A stretch of DNA of 64,000 bases from a virus. Positions 44,091 to 51,307 of this stretch are shown in pieces. A program made the translations under genes and the position numbers. Where the stretch lies: the IMG/VR virus record IMGVR_UViG_3300002835_000148; one strand, 5' to 3'. The notes beneath the pieces were generated by a model, which did not search any database, had not been told where the DNA came from, and saw only the letters and a program-made list of their open reading frames with translations. Numbering within the stretch: position 1 is the stretch's first letter; each line of letters begins with the position of its first letter.

Positions 44091-44286
44091 CTTCCCACCT
44101 CCCAGTAGCGCTCCCTCTACCCTCGCCGGAACCACCGCCGAAGCCGTTGCCGTCGCCGTCGCCGTCGCCGTTGCCATAGCCGTTGCCGTAGCCGTATCCG
44201 CTGCCGTTGCCGTAGCCGTGGCCGTGGCCGTAGCCCCATTGGGAATCGTGGTCGTTACTCAGTATCTTAGGGGACATAGGGGTCAA
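44077..44286 (-). CDS. glycine-rich small protein, array member 2
   Basis: 69 aa (TTG start per ORF track; ATG at 44277). Has a (G-X)n run GYGHGHGYGNGSGYGYGNGYGNGDGDGDGNGFG and ends GRWEDVDL. Confidence 0.5.
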   Translation of the reverse strand: MTPMSPKILSNDHDSQWGYGHGHGYGNGSGYGYGNGYGNGDGDGDGNGFGGGSGEGRGSATGRWEDVDL

Positions 44287-44303
44287 TGCCTTCGCTAGTG
44301 AGT

Positions 44304-44600
44304 TTATAGGGCATTGTCTTTCCAGCTCCCATCACGACCTCCTCTACCGTTGCCAGAACCCCAGCCGATGCCCACGCCAGTGCCCAAGCCGGAGCCTCCC
44401 ACCGCACCGCCGCCGGAGCCTTCTACCCTGCCAGCATCTGTTATGACAGTCCCGTGTGATCGACCCATGCCGTCGCCGTAGCCGGAACCGGAAAGGCTAA
44501 TAGCACCGTAGCCATAGCCATTACCGGAAGCAGTGCCGCGCCCCCTGCCATTAGTAGAGCCACAGTCGTTATTCAGTATCTTAGGGGACATAGGGGTCAA
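44304..44600 (-). CDS. glycine-rich small protein, array member 1
   Basis: 98 aa (TTG start per ORF track; ATG at 44591). MSPKILNNDCGS.. ends GSWKDNAL. Confidence 0.5.
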   Translation of the reverse strand: MTPMSPKILNNDCGSTNGRGRGTASGNGYGYGAISLSGSGYGDGMGRSHGTVITDAGRVEGSGGGAVGGSGLGTGVGIGWGSGNGRGGRDGSWKDNAL

Positions 44601-44874
44601 TGCCTACGACAAGTATCGTCTGGGCTGTGCCTGTGCAGGGAATCACTTCAATCACCCCCGTTAGGTAAATATCATCGACGGTAACAGACAGCTTGGACGA
44701 AGTAGCCAAACCATTCTTGCTGATCTCGCTGAGAGTGAACGCACCTTCCCATGACCAGATACGCCGCGCTTGTGTGAGTACGCATATGTCCCTATCCAAC
44801 TCCTCTACGATGCCGACATGAACGCCAGCGCTAACGGTACGAACTACTACGTATTTACCAATGTACTTTTTCAT
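44581..44874 (-). CDS. hypothetical protein
   Basis: 97 aa. MKKYIGKYVVVRT..RRIWSWEGAFTL. Looks like a conserved phage protein. Confidence 0.6.
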   Translation of the reverse strand: MKKYIGKYVVVRTVSAGVHVGIVEELDRDICVLTQARRIWSWEGAFTLSEISKNGLATSSKLSVTVDDIYLTGVIEVIPCTGTAQTILVVGIDPYVP

Positions 44875-45134
44875 TCTTCAATCTCCACAGTCACAGTACG
44901 CTTTACCTTTACGATCTTGCCTGTGCTCAGTTCTCTGGTGTAATGACTGCCAGCCCATGTTACATCAGTGGGATGCTGCAAGAACTTAGCGCGGATTTTA
45001 GGTATGAACTTCACATTTTTTAAAGTGGGGTCTTTCCATCCGCAAGCCGTTTCCCGTCCATCAGCATAGGTCTCACCCCATGCCAGTCCATCTTTCATAA
45101 TCATCACGCCTTCTTCAGTGTGTTCGTATTTCAT
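44871..45134 (-). CDS. hypothetical protein
   Basis: 87 aa. ATGA-type overlap. Confidence 0.55.
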   Translation of the reverse strand: MKYEHTEEGVMIMKDGLAWGETYADGRETACGWKDPTLKNVKFIPKIRAKFLQHPTDVTWAGSHYTRELSTGKIVKVKRTVTVEIEE

Positions 45135-45460
45135 TCTTCATCTCCTATCCTGTAATGTTTCTCAGCAAAGCAAATCCCAGCCAAAAAACTAAGCAAGTGT
45201 ACTCCGTCGTCTCTGTCCCGTAACTCAATGAACCCTTGCAGTCGCTCGTTGCTGGTCAGCGGCTTTCTTTTTGGATTGGATATTGTGTATAGGGGTATAT
45301 TGTTTTCGCCAAGGAAAGCGCGGATTTCTTCGATTATTGGTGGGCTACGCCAAGGCTGCATACCGCAAAACTCGGCGCATATTGTTTCGTCTTGGTCAAT
45401 CAACTCAGCAAGCGCCCGCCTCAGCAGTTCAACCGGATTGCTCATTCTTCTTCCTCCCAT
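45131..45460 (-). CDS. hypothetical protein
   Basis: 109 aa. Confidence 0.55.
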   Translation of the reverse strand: MGGRRMSNPVELLRRALAELIDQDETICAEFCGMQPWRSPPIIEEIRAFLGENNIPLYTISNPKRKPLTSNERLQGFIELRDRDDGVHLLSFLAGICFAEKHYRIGDEE

Positions 45461-45633
45461 TCGATACGGACACAGGCTTTTGGTTTTTGTGTAGCAACTC
45501 TATCTCTCATTGCGTCAGCTTGTTCCTTTGTAGGCCAAATACCATTGTTCCCAGCTCCATAGTAATAGACATTCACCCACCCCTCTTTTTTCACACGCCC
45601 TTCTTTTTTCTCGGATTTGTGCTCAGTTCCCAT
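45442..45633 (-). CDS. hypothetical protein
   Basis: 63 aa. Confidence 0.45.
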   Translation of the reverse strand: MGTEHKSEKKEGRVKKEGWVNVYYYGAGNNGIWPTKEQADAMRDRVATQKPKACVRIEWEEEE

Positions 45634-45871
45634 TTTCTTCCTCCATCGCTTCCAGTGCAGCGTTAACGCGACTTTCGTAGTCGAACCAATCTTTATCTTC
45701 CTCTGCCGTGGCGGTATTCCATTCTTTTAGTAGACTGGCTAATTCCTCTACTAAGTCTGCGCGGATATATTTATTTCTACACCTGAAGGCTACATATCCA
45801 GCGAGTAGTTTCCCGGTTTCAGCAACCTCGACCCAAATCTTCTTCGGTGCTTCGTTCATGAAATCAACCAT
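45623..45871 (-). CDS. hypothetical protein
   Basis: 82 aa. Alternative start MNEAPKK. Confidence 0.5.
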   Translation of the reverse strand: MVDFMNEAPKKIWVEVAETGKLLAGYVAFRCRNKYIRADLVEELASLLKEWNTATAEEDKDWFDYESRVNAALEAMEEENGN

Positions 45872-45996
45872 ATAAATAAATATGCAGGGATGAATAGGAT
45901 TGCAATCATAATAGTACTACCCACAGCTAACCCAACACTAAAAACAATACAATCAGCCAAGAAGCCTTTTAAGTCTTTCATTATATGTTTGCTCAT
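45856..45996 (-). CDS. mini membrane peptide (46 aa)
   Basis: Hand-translated MSKHIMKDLKGFLADCIVFSVGLAVGSTIMIAILFIPAYLFIWLIS. Below the ORF-track cutoff. Overlaps both neighbours. Confidence 0.45.
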   Translation of the reverse strand: MSKHIMKDLKGFLADCIVFSVGLAVGSTIMIAILFIPAYLFIWLIS

Positions 45997-46106
45997 GAAA
46001 TCACCCATACGAAGAATTTAACGACTACGTATGCTGCTCCTATAAAAGCGCCAGCTAACGCACCAAGGAATACAGCTCCTAGTAAAGACGTAATAGTGTC
46101 GTTCAT
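45993..46106 (-). CDS. mini membrane peptide (37 aa)
   Basis: Hand-translated MNDTITSLLGAVFLGALAGAFIGAAYVVVKFFVWVIS. GGGAGA before ATG. Ends in W-x-IS like its neighbour. Confidence 0.45.
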   Translation of the reverse strand: MNDTITSLLGAVFLGALAGAFIGAAYVVVKFFVWVIS

Positions 46107-46116
46107 TTCATCTCCC

Positions 46117-46347
46117 TCAAGTTTCAAACGACGCAACTATGCCGGGTTCGTAGGTTACGGCTGAGTCTAGCTTAAACTCCTTGACTGAGCGCACAGATAT
46201 GCGTAAGTCGAAGTATACTTCATGCCTCTTGAACCGCTCAGTCAGTATCTTTCCACATTGCTTGGGAGACTCGGCTATCACTGCAACCATCCCGCCGTAT
46301 TCAGAACGGGGGAATTTAACAGGCATATCGCAAATGTATATGTTCAT
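46117..46347 (-). CDS. hypothetical protein
   Basis: 76 aa. Confidence 0.5.
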   Translation of the reverse strand: MNIYICDMPVKFPRSEYGGMVAVIAESPKQCGKILTERFKRHEVYFDLRISVRSVKEFKLDSAVTYEPGIVASFET

Positions 46348-46513
46348 TGTGTTTCTCTCGTTAAAGTGCCAGCGCTAACGCGGCTGGCGAGCGATTGTCG
46401 GTCGGTACTTTCGCCTCTCGTTGCCACACAAAAATAAAAGCCCAACCGACGAATGGGTGCCGCCCCAGTGGTTCCAATACTCCCATTAAAAATAGGTAAG
46501 GGCGGCATTAAAC

Positions 46514-47149
46514 CTAAGCCATCAGTGCAGCCCAACTCACGGGGAATAACTGCTGAATAAACCCGCTAAACTCCTCAACCACATCTCTCGTTTCCTTCTG
46601 TGCGTGTGAGTCTAGTCTTAGTTTGCACACCCGAGCGAAGAAAACCAGCGAGCCTGTCCATATCCATGTGGTTTCTGAGCATATAGGGATGACCACACGC
46701 GCTTGTTCAGGACATACACCACTTTCAATCAAGTAGTCGTATGTAGCCAAACATTGATCCATTAGTTGATTTATATGCTCTTGATCTACGTTTACTAGCT
46801 CATCGCTTGAGCCTTGCTTCACATTCTCTGCGGCTCTGCGCCATTTGGTAGGCACATCTAACACAGGTGAGGTACTTACATACCGCCTGCTCACCTCATT
46901 AACAACCCCACCGACTTGATGTTTAGCCAACTGACGGGCTACATAGATAGGCATAGTCACCCTAAACTTTATGCTCGTGTGCGCGAACGGAGTCCAGTGT
47001 TTGTTCTTTGCGAGGTAGTGGATTAACTTCGCATCCTTTTCTGACAAAATAATTGCCGATTCGTACTCTGACTCTTTATCAAAGCTGACTCGCGCTGCGT
47101 TCACCACATCCAAATCGTCGCCCATGTAGTCTAGTAATTCAACGTGCAT
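46514..47149 (-). CDS. thyX: flavin-dependent thymidylate synthase ThyX
   Basis: 211 aa. DVVNAARVSF, HWTPFAHTSIKF and KHQ..NEVSRRY correspond to ThyX signature regions. Confidence 0.78.
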   Translation of the reverse strand: MHVELLDYMGDDLDVVNAARVSFDKESEYESAIILSEKDAKLIHYLAKNKHWTPFAHTSIKFRVTMPIYVARQLAKHQVGGVVNEVSRRYVSTSPVLDVPTKWRRAAENVKQGSSDELVNVDQEHINQLMDQCLATYDYLIESGVCPEQARVVIPICSETTWIWTGSLVFFARVCKLRLDSHAQKETRDVVEEFSGFIQQLFPVSWAALMA

Positions 47150-47223
47150 AGTCTATTTTTCCATTAAGTAAAAGCTAAGAATAAGCAGGGCGAACGCCCA
47201 TAACACAGGATCATGTAGAACAT

Positions 47224-47484
47224 TTACCATACATCCTCCCCCACATCGTCTGTTTTTCGCATCTCTTCGGGGGACATTTGGATGAAGGTAGCAGGCTCGT
47301 TAGGTGGAATGACAACGTACCCATTGCTGGTCTTGTTGATTGTCGTAATGCCCTTACCACTCAGGCTGCTGATAGCATAGCCATAAGAAGTCTCCTGCAC
47401 ATCTGCTGCACCATCCGGCCCCCAGATAAACAATGCCTGTGCAGGTAGGGAAAATACTACGCCTAGTAAAAATAGCTTTTTCAT
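47224..47484 (-). CDS. small secreted protein
   Basis: 86 aa. Signal-peptide-like MKKLFLLGVVFSLPAQA. Confidence 0.55.
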   Translation of the reverse strand: MKKLFLLGVVFSLPAQALFIWGPDGAADVQETSYGYAISSLSGKGITTINKTSNGYVVIPPNEPATFIQMSPEEMRKTDDVGEDVW

Positions 47485-47972
47485 ATCTCAAACCTCTCGT
47501 CGATACCAACCTTCTCATCTAGCAAAATGTCCAAGAGCTTTATGTGAACCATGCGAGACATCTTGTACAGCATCTTCCTCTCACCAATTTTGATGCCCTC
47601 TTTAATCCCAGCGGCTTTAGCACGACCCAGCATGTCATAAGAAGGTGCAATCTCATCAGCTAACTTAGCGGCCTCTTCTACTACCTCCTCGACTTCAGGT
47701 TCTTCTTCCATTACCTCCTCAACAACTTCTTCAACTACCTCTTCAACGGCTTCTTCCACTACCTCCTCAGCTTTATACTCTCTATTGAAACTCAGCCACT
47801 CAATGCCATCATCACTCACAACCCGCAGCACTTGGCCGCTATCAATAAGCAGCTTCAAAGGTTTTCTGATTCTGTCTTTGCTCATTCCCAATGCGTTTAC
47901 AATCTGACCGCGTGTCATTTCACAGCGAGTGCTTAACAAATCAAGTAGGCAGATGCGTGTACTCATGCTCAT
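47481..47972 (-). CDS. winged-helix-like protein with acidic EEVV repeat
   Basis: 163 aa. N-terminal MTRGQIVNALGMSKDRIRKPLKLLIDSGQVLRV, then EEVVEEAVEEVVEEVVEEVMEEEPEVEEVVEE. Confidence 0.55.
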   Translation of the reverse strand: MSMSTRICLLDLLSTRCEMTRGQIVNALGMSKDRIRKPLKLLIDSGQVLRVVSDDGIEWLSFNREYKAEEVVEEAVEEVVEEVVEEVMEEEPEVEEVVEEAAKLADEIAPSYDMLGRAKAAGIKEGIKIGERKMLYKMSRMVHIKLLDILLDEKVGIDERFEI

Positions 47973-47981
47973 ATTTTTACC

Positions 47982-48296
47982 TCACACTATATCTTTTACG
48001 AAAATACCGTTGACCATCTTGCCACTGCGCTTGCGAATGACATTGTAGGAGTCTGTCAGGCATGTCATCAGATCAGTGTCGATCAATTCAGATAGCAGAA
48101 TAAGCGTAACCAATACGTCACCAATATCATCTTGCGCTGCTTCGTAATTACCAACGGCTATGTTATCCGCCAACTCACCTGCTTCTGATATAAATTTTAA
48201 GCACTGAGTTTTAGGGTCACTGCTAACTAGAATCCCTCGGCTATCAGCCCATGCAACAACAGCCGCTTTGAGCTGCTCATACGTCATCTCATTCAT
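47982..48296 (-). CDS. mazG: MazG-like nucleotide pyrophosphohydrolase
   Basis: 104 aa. EAGELADNI..DDIGDVLVTLILL metal-binding helix pattern. Confidence 0.68.
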   Translation of the reverse strand: MNEMTYEQLKAAVVAWADSRGILVSSDPKTQCLKFISEAGELADNIAVGNYEAAQDDIGDVLVTLILLSELIDTDLMTCLTDSYNVIRKRSGKMVNGIFVKDIV

Positions 48297-48514
48297 TTCA
48301 TAACCTCAATTTTAAGTTCACATTGTTCTGCATCGTAAGGCGATGCGTCCATATAGGGTGTCCACCAAGCTGTACTTAGTCTATCAGATTGAGCATCCCT
48401 GTCAATCTGCAAGTACCTTTCACAAGTATTTTTTTGGCGACACAGGCTCCCCGCGCACCTCGCTACATCCGTCGGTAGCCCACTTATTTTGTATAAACGC
48501 CGCGATTTTTTCAT
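48293..48514 (-). CDS. small Cys-containing protein
   Basis: 73 aa from MKKSRRLYK (GGAG 4 nt upstream). ORF-track 48293..48562. Overlaps the upstream gene by about 95 nt. Confidence 0.4.
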   Translation of the reverse strand: MKKSRRLYKISGLPTDVARCAGSLCRQKNTCERYLQIDRDAQSDRLSTAWWTPYMDASPYDAEQCELKIEVMK

Positions 48515-48704
48515 GCTGCTCCGGTGAAAGTTTAGGGAGGGGGCACCATGCAGAGAACTCACCCTCCTCGTACCAATGCCCTATGACTGCCGATCCCCAT
48601 GATGTTAGCAAAAGCACCTTAGTGCTTAGGGGCGCAGGCTCCTCGAACTGCAACCGCCATTCTGGTTTGAACTCAGCCGCGTATTTCTCATGTAGTCTAT
48701 CCAT
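48420..48704 (-). CDS. hypothetical protein (DUF551-like pattern)
   Basis: 94 aa. Sequence W..PAPLSTKVLLLTSWGSAVIGHWYEEGEFSAWCPLPK. Confidence 0.5.
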   Translation of the reverse strand: MDRLHEKYAAEFKPEWRLQFEEPAPLSTKVLLLTSWGSAVIGHWYEEGEFSAWCPLPKLSPEQHEKIAAFIQNKWATDGCSEVRGEPVSPKKYL

Positions 48705-48852
48705 AATGTCCTCTGCCTTGCGGTACTCTGTTGGGGTGGTAACGGTACACTTTTACCAGCGGCCCGTACTTGTCGATCACTTTGTAAAACAGGTTGCCTT
48801 TTCTGTATATCTGCCCGATGTACTTATCAATCCCTAGCGTTATCATGTTCAT
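48697..48852 (-). CDS. small hypothetical protein
   Basis: 51 aa, hand-translated MNMITLGIDKYIGQIYRKGNLFYKVIDKYGPLVKVYRYHPNRV.. Below the ORF-track cutoff. Confidence 0.4.
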   Translation of the reverse strand: MNMITLGIDKYIGQIYRKGNLFYKVIDKYGPLVKVYRYHPNRVPQGRGHYG

Positions 48853-49000
48853 TGCTTACCTCTGGTTCTTTCATCTGGCACTCATCGCTTAAGACCAACA
48901 CCCTCTTAACAACGGGGCAGTAGTAGTAAAAGAAATGGTGCTTGAATTGCTCAACTCTATGCTTGTCACCGCACTTCTTGCATACGGCTTGCTCGCTCAT
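48827..49000 (-). CDS. small four-Cys protein
   Basis: 57 aa, hand-translated MSEQAVCKKCGDKHRV..YYYCPV..DECQM. ATGA overlap with the upstream gene. Confidence 0.4.
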   Translation of the reverse strand: MSEQAVCKKCGDKHRVEQFKHHFFYYYCPVVKRVLVLSDECQMKEPEVSNEHDNARD

Positions 49001-49185
49001 GTATCACCTCGGCTTCGTATCATAGCTATGATTTCCTCGCGCTCTTCTCTCTTTGCTTTAGCCATCATCTCATTCCACGCAGTAAAAAATATGAGCGCAT
49101 CAGGGTGCTTCGCAATGATAGCCCCCTCCTTGGTTATGACTACCTCTATCTTTACGCTGTCGCTGCCATCTATTTCATCAATCAT
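48997..49185 (-). CDS. hypothetical protein
   Basis: 62 aa. Confidence 0.5.
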   Translation of the reverse strand: MIDEIDGSDSVKIEVVITKEGAIIAKHPDALIFFTAWNEMMAKAKREEREEIIAMIRSRGDT

Positions 49186-49445
49186 AATGAATCCGCTCTC
49201 CGTAATGCACTGCTCACTTCATATCTGAACAGCAGGTTAGCTGGCGTTTTAGGCGGGGTATGCTTGCTCTCATCCCAAAACTGCTTGTATGTACCCACGG
49301 GTTTTTTGCTATCAGGTATAGCTACATAGATCGTATAGTCTCCGCGTGACAGCACTATGTAATTGCCGGATTTCATCGCCGTGACGTTAGGTATACTGTC
49401 AAGTTCGGCCATCATATTTTTAAGGCTTGGTCTAAAATTACTCAT
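49182..49445 (-). CDS. hypothetical protein
   Basis: 87 aa. Confidence 0.55.
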   Translation of the reverse strand: MSNFRPSLKNMMAELDSIPNVTAMKSGNYIVLSRGDYTIYVAIPDSKKPVGTYKQFWDESKHTPPKTPANLLFRYEVSSALRRADSL

Positions 49446-49446
49446 G

Positions 49447-49734
49447 TTACTCTCCTAGTGATCCTTTTATGGTCAAGTAAAATACGTTGTCGGTCATTCT
49501 GTATCCTACGCCCTCCAGTTCAGTTCCGTTCTCTACTATAAACAGCAGTGCCATACTCTCACGCACCCAGCGGGGCGCTTCCTCTACTCGCCACGAACCC
49601 ATCGCAAAGGGGCCATACATATCAGGGCCGTCGTTGAGATTAGTCCAAGAGTATATTGGGCTTGACGCCTCGTCCACACATGTCTCTATGCGTAGACGAA
49701 GCATACTAGGCTTGGTGCTATCTTTTGCACTCAT
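49447..49734 (-). CDS. hypothetical protein
   Basis: 95 aa from the internal ATG (MSAKDSTK..), which forms an ATGA overlap with the VWA gene stop. The ORF-track N-terminal extension is not accepted. Confidence 0.5.
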   Translation of the reverse strand: MSAKDSTKPSMLRLRIETCVDEASSPIYSWTNLNDGPDMYGPFAMGSWRVEEAPRWVRESMALLFIVENGTELEGVGYRMTDNVFYLTIKGSLGE

Positions 49735-50867
49735 GTGTTTATATGAATTGTGCTGCCAGCGGGGGCTAGGATATGCTCTGAAGTTATGGCCCACAGCGTC
49801 GGATACTTGATGATGTTTGGGAAGGGTGTGTATCCGTCGGTCAGCACGATTATAGCCTCTGGCTCTAGCTTGTTCTCTTCGACGTACTCGAAGATTCGAC
49901 ACATATCTGTACCACCACCGCCCTTGAATGACTTCTTCTGCTCTAGCGAATCGAATGTCTCTCGGTCATACACGGTGTGGGCCTGCACTTTAGCATCGAC
50001 TTCCAGCAAGTGCAATGTAGTGGGTGACACTGTGTTACATATAGCGACGATCTCAGAGAGGAAGCAAGCTAGTTCCTTATCTCCCAGACTGCCAGACGTA
50101 TCAACACCTACCACCACAGCCCCCATAGTTTCAGAGAACGACTGCGGCATATACAAATCGTGCTGCAACCACCGACGGCTGGGTCTAGCCCATGTGCTGT
50201 CATCCTTACCTGCTGATACTGAAGACACGAACTCTCTCAACTGCTCACGCCAGTCAACCTGCGGTCGCATCAACTCGCCAAACAATCTATTGGCATCACC
50301 TGACATTTTACTCGCAAGCATCGCCCCCTGTCGTACAGCCTGCTCAATCTCTTTGGATAACTCGTGACACTCTGCCTCGCTTATCTCATCGAAGCGATGC
50401 TCGTCCATACCACCCTGCCCACCATTACCACCTTTTTCTTTCAGCTTGCTAAAGACCTCTTGGGTGTTCATCCCTCTAAAGCCCTCATCAAGCAAAGCAC
50501 AGTCAGGTAGCTTGACGAACCCCTTATGCTTCTTCTCCATGTCAGCAATCTCTAAGTTGATAACATAGTCTGCCGCTTGGTTAGCGAGCTGAGCATTTTC
50601 TTTCCACAGGTGCTTCCATAGCCAGTGATGCTGATAGACTTTATGCAGGTTCTCATGAAGCACCAGACCTACGATCTCCGAATCCTCTAGGCTGCGAATG
50701 AAATCCGCACCGTATAAAACATCACGCCCATTAGTACACGCGGTGGGTATGTCATCTCTAACCTCAGTGTCACCCACCATCAGTATCGCACTGTAAGATA
50801 GCGTAGCTGGGTGGCCCATCATACGCACATGGATTTTCTGTAGTCTCTGTTCTGGTGTAAGTTTCAT
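49731..50867 (-). CDS. VWA-domain protein with N-terminal HExxH metallopeptidase-like domain
   Basis: 378 aa. LHENLH motif. MIDAS-like VVGVDTSGSL. A typical partner of MoxR-type ATPases. Confidence 0.7.
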   Translation of the reverse strand: MKLTPEQRLQKIHVRMMGHPATLSYSAILMVGDTEVRDDIPTACTNGRDVLYGADFIRSLEDSEIVGLVLHENLHKVYQHHWLWKHLWKENAQLANQAADYVINLEIADMEKKHKGFVKLPDCALLDEGFRGMNTQEVFSKLKEKGGNGGQGGMDEHRFDEISEAECHELSKEIEQAVRQGAMLASKMSGDANRLFGELMRPQVDWREQLREFVSSVSAGKDDSTWARPSRRWLQHDLYMPQSFSETMGAVVVGVDTSGSLGDKELACFLSEIVAICNTVSPTTLHLLEVDAKVQAHTVYDRETFDSLEQKKSFKGGGGTDMCRIFEYVEENKLEPEAIIVLTDGYTPFPNIIKYPTLWAITSEHILAPAGSTIHINT

Positions 50868-50885
50868 CTCTGTTCCTCTCTATTG

Positions 50886-51239
50886 TTATGCTGTTAAAGC
50901 TGCAAAGTCTGCGGGTTCCATGATCGTGCCATCCTCATCGCACTCGCGCACTGCACTTCCCCACGCTTGTAGTTGTTTATAGTTCAGCATGGTTGCGTCG
51001 TATATCTTGTGCTTCTTGATTACCTCTACATTGGGTACGCTGTAGGTAATCATGTAGTCCACATTGTCTTTGCCTGAGCGATACGTGTAGTCAAGCCCTA
51101 CAGCGTTCTCAGCTATCAGAGCCTGTATCTGATGCGCTACATGAAGTGGCACCATGATCGTCCCGTTGAGGTGCATCTTAGCCATGATCTGATTTTGCGC
51201 GGGCAGGGTAATAGTAGGGGTTTGTTTTGTTTTGCTCAT
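50886..51239 (-). CDS. hypothetical protein
   Basis: 117 aa. Confidence 0.55.
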   Translation of the reverse strand: MSKTKQTPTITLPAQNQIMAKMHLNGTIMVPLHVAHQIQALIAENAVGLDYTYRSGKDNVDYMITYSVPNVEVIKKHKIYDATMLNYKQLQAWGSAVRECDEDGTIMEPADFAALTA

Positions 51240-51280
51240 TGTTACTCTCCTGTTGTGGGGGCTACCTAAGTAGCCCCATG

Positions 51281-51303
51281 AAAACTTATACCGTATAAGT
51301 TTT
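51281..51303. repeat. early-arm palindrome copy 1
   Basis: AAAACTTATAC-C-GTATAAGTTTT. Followed on the minus strand by the GC hairpin GGGGCTAC-TTAG-GTAGCCCC (51277-51258), then the SD and ATG 51239. Confidence 0.9.
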
Positions 51304-51307
51304 TACC

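Noticed and set aside
43363-44177. Long N-terminal extensions of the glycine-rich ORFs given by the ORF track (e.g. MATATATATATAS.., MEITYASAQGRVG..) and plus-strand ORF 43342..43545
   Set aside because: The extensions are alternative-frame read-through of the preceding glycine-rich gene. Each has an internal ATG preceded by GGGAGGTGGGAAG at the same position relative to the previous stop. The plus-strand ORF is a shadow of GGN-rich coding.
46348-46513. Possible tRNA or small RNA in the 165-nt gap downstream of thyX (hairpin GCCAGC..GCTGGC, weak stem plus TTTTATTTTT)
   Set aside because: I could not fold a cloverleaf or find conserved T-loop or anticodon-arm features by eye. It is most simply a weak terminator and leader region. 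tRNAscan-SE or Infernal would settle it.
49735-49902. N-terminal 56 codons of ORF 49447..49902 overlapping the VWA gene
   Set aside because: The extension is Arg-rich junk in the alternative frame of a well-supported gene. The internal ATG 49734 forms a standard ATGA overlap with the VWA stop.
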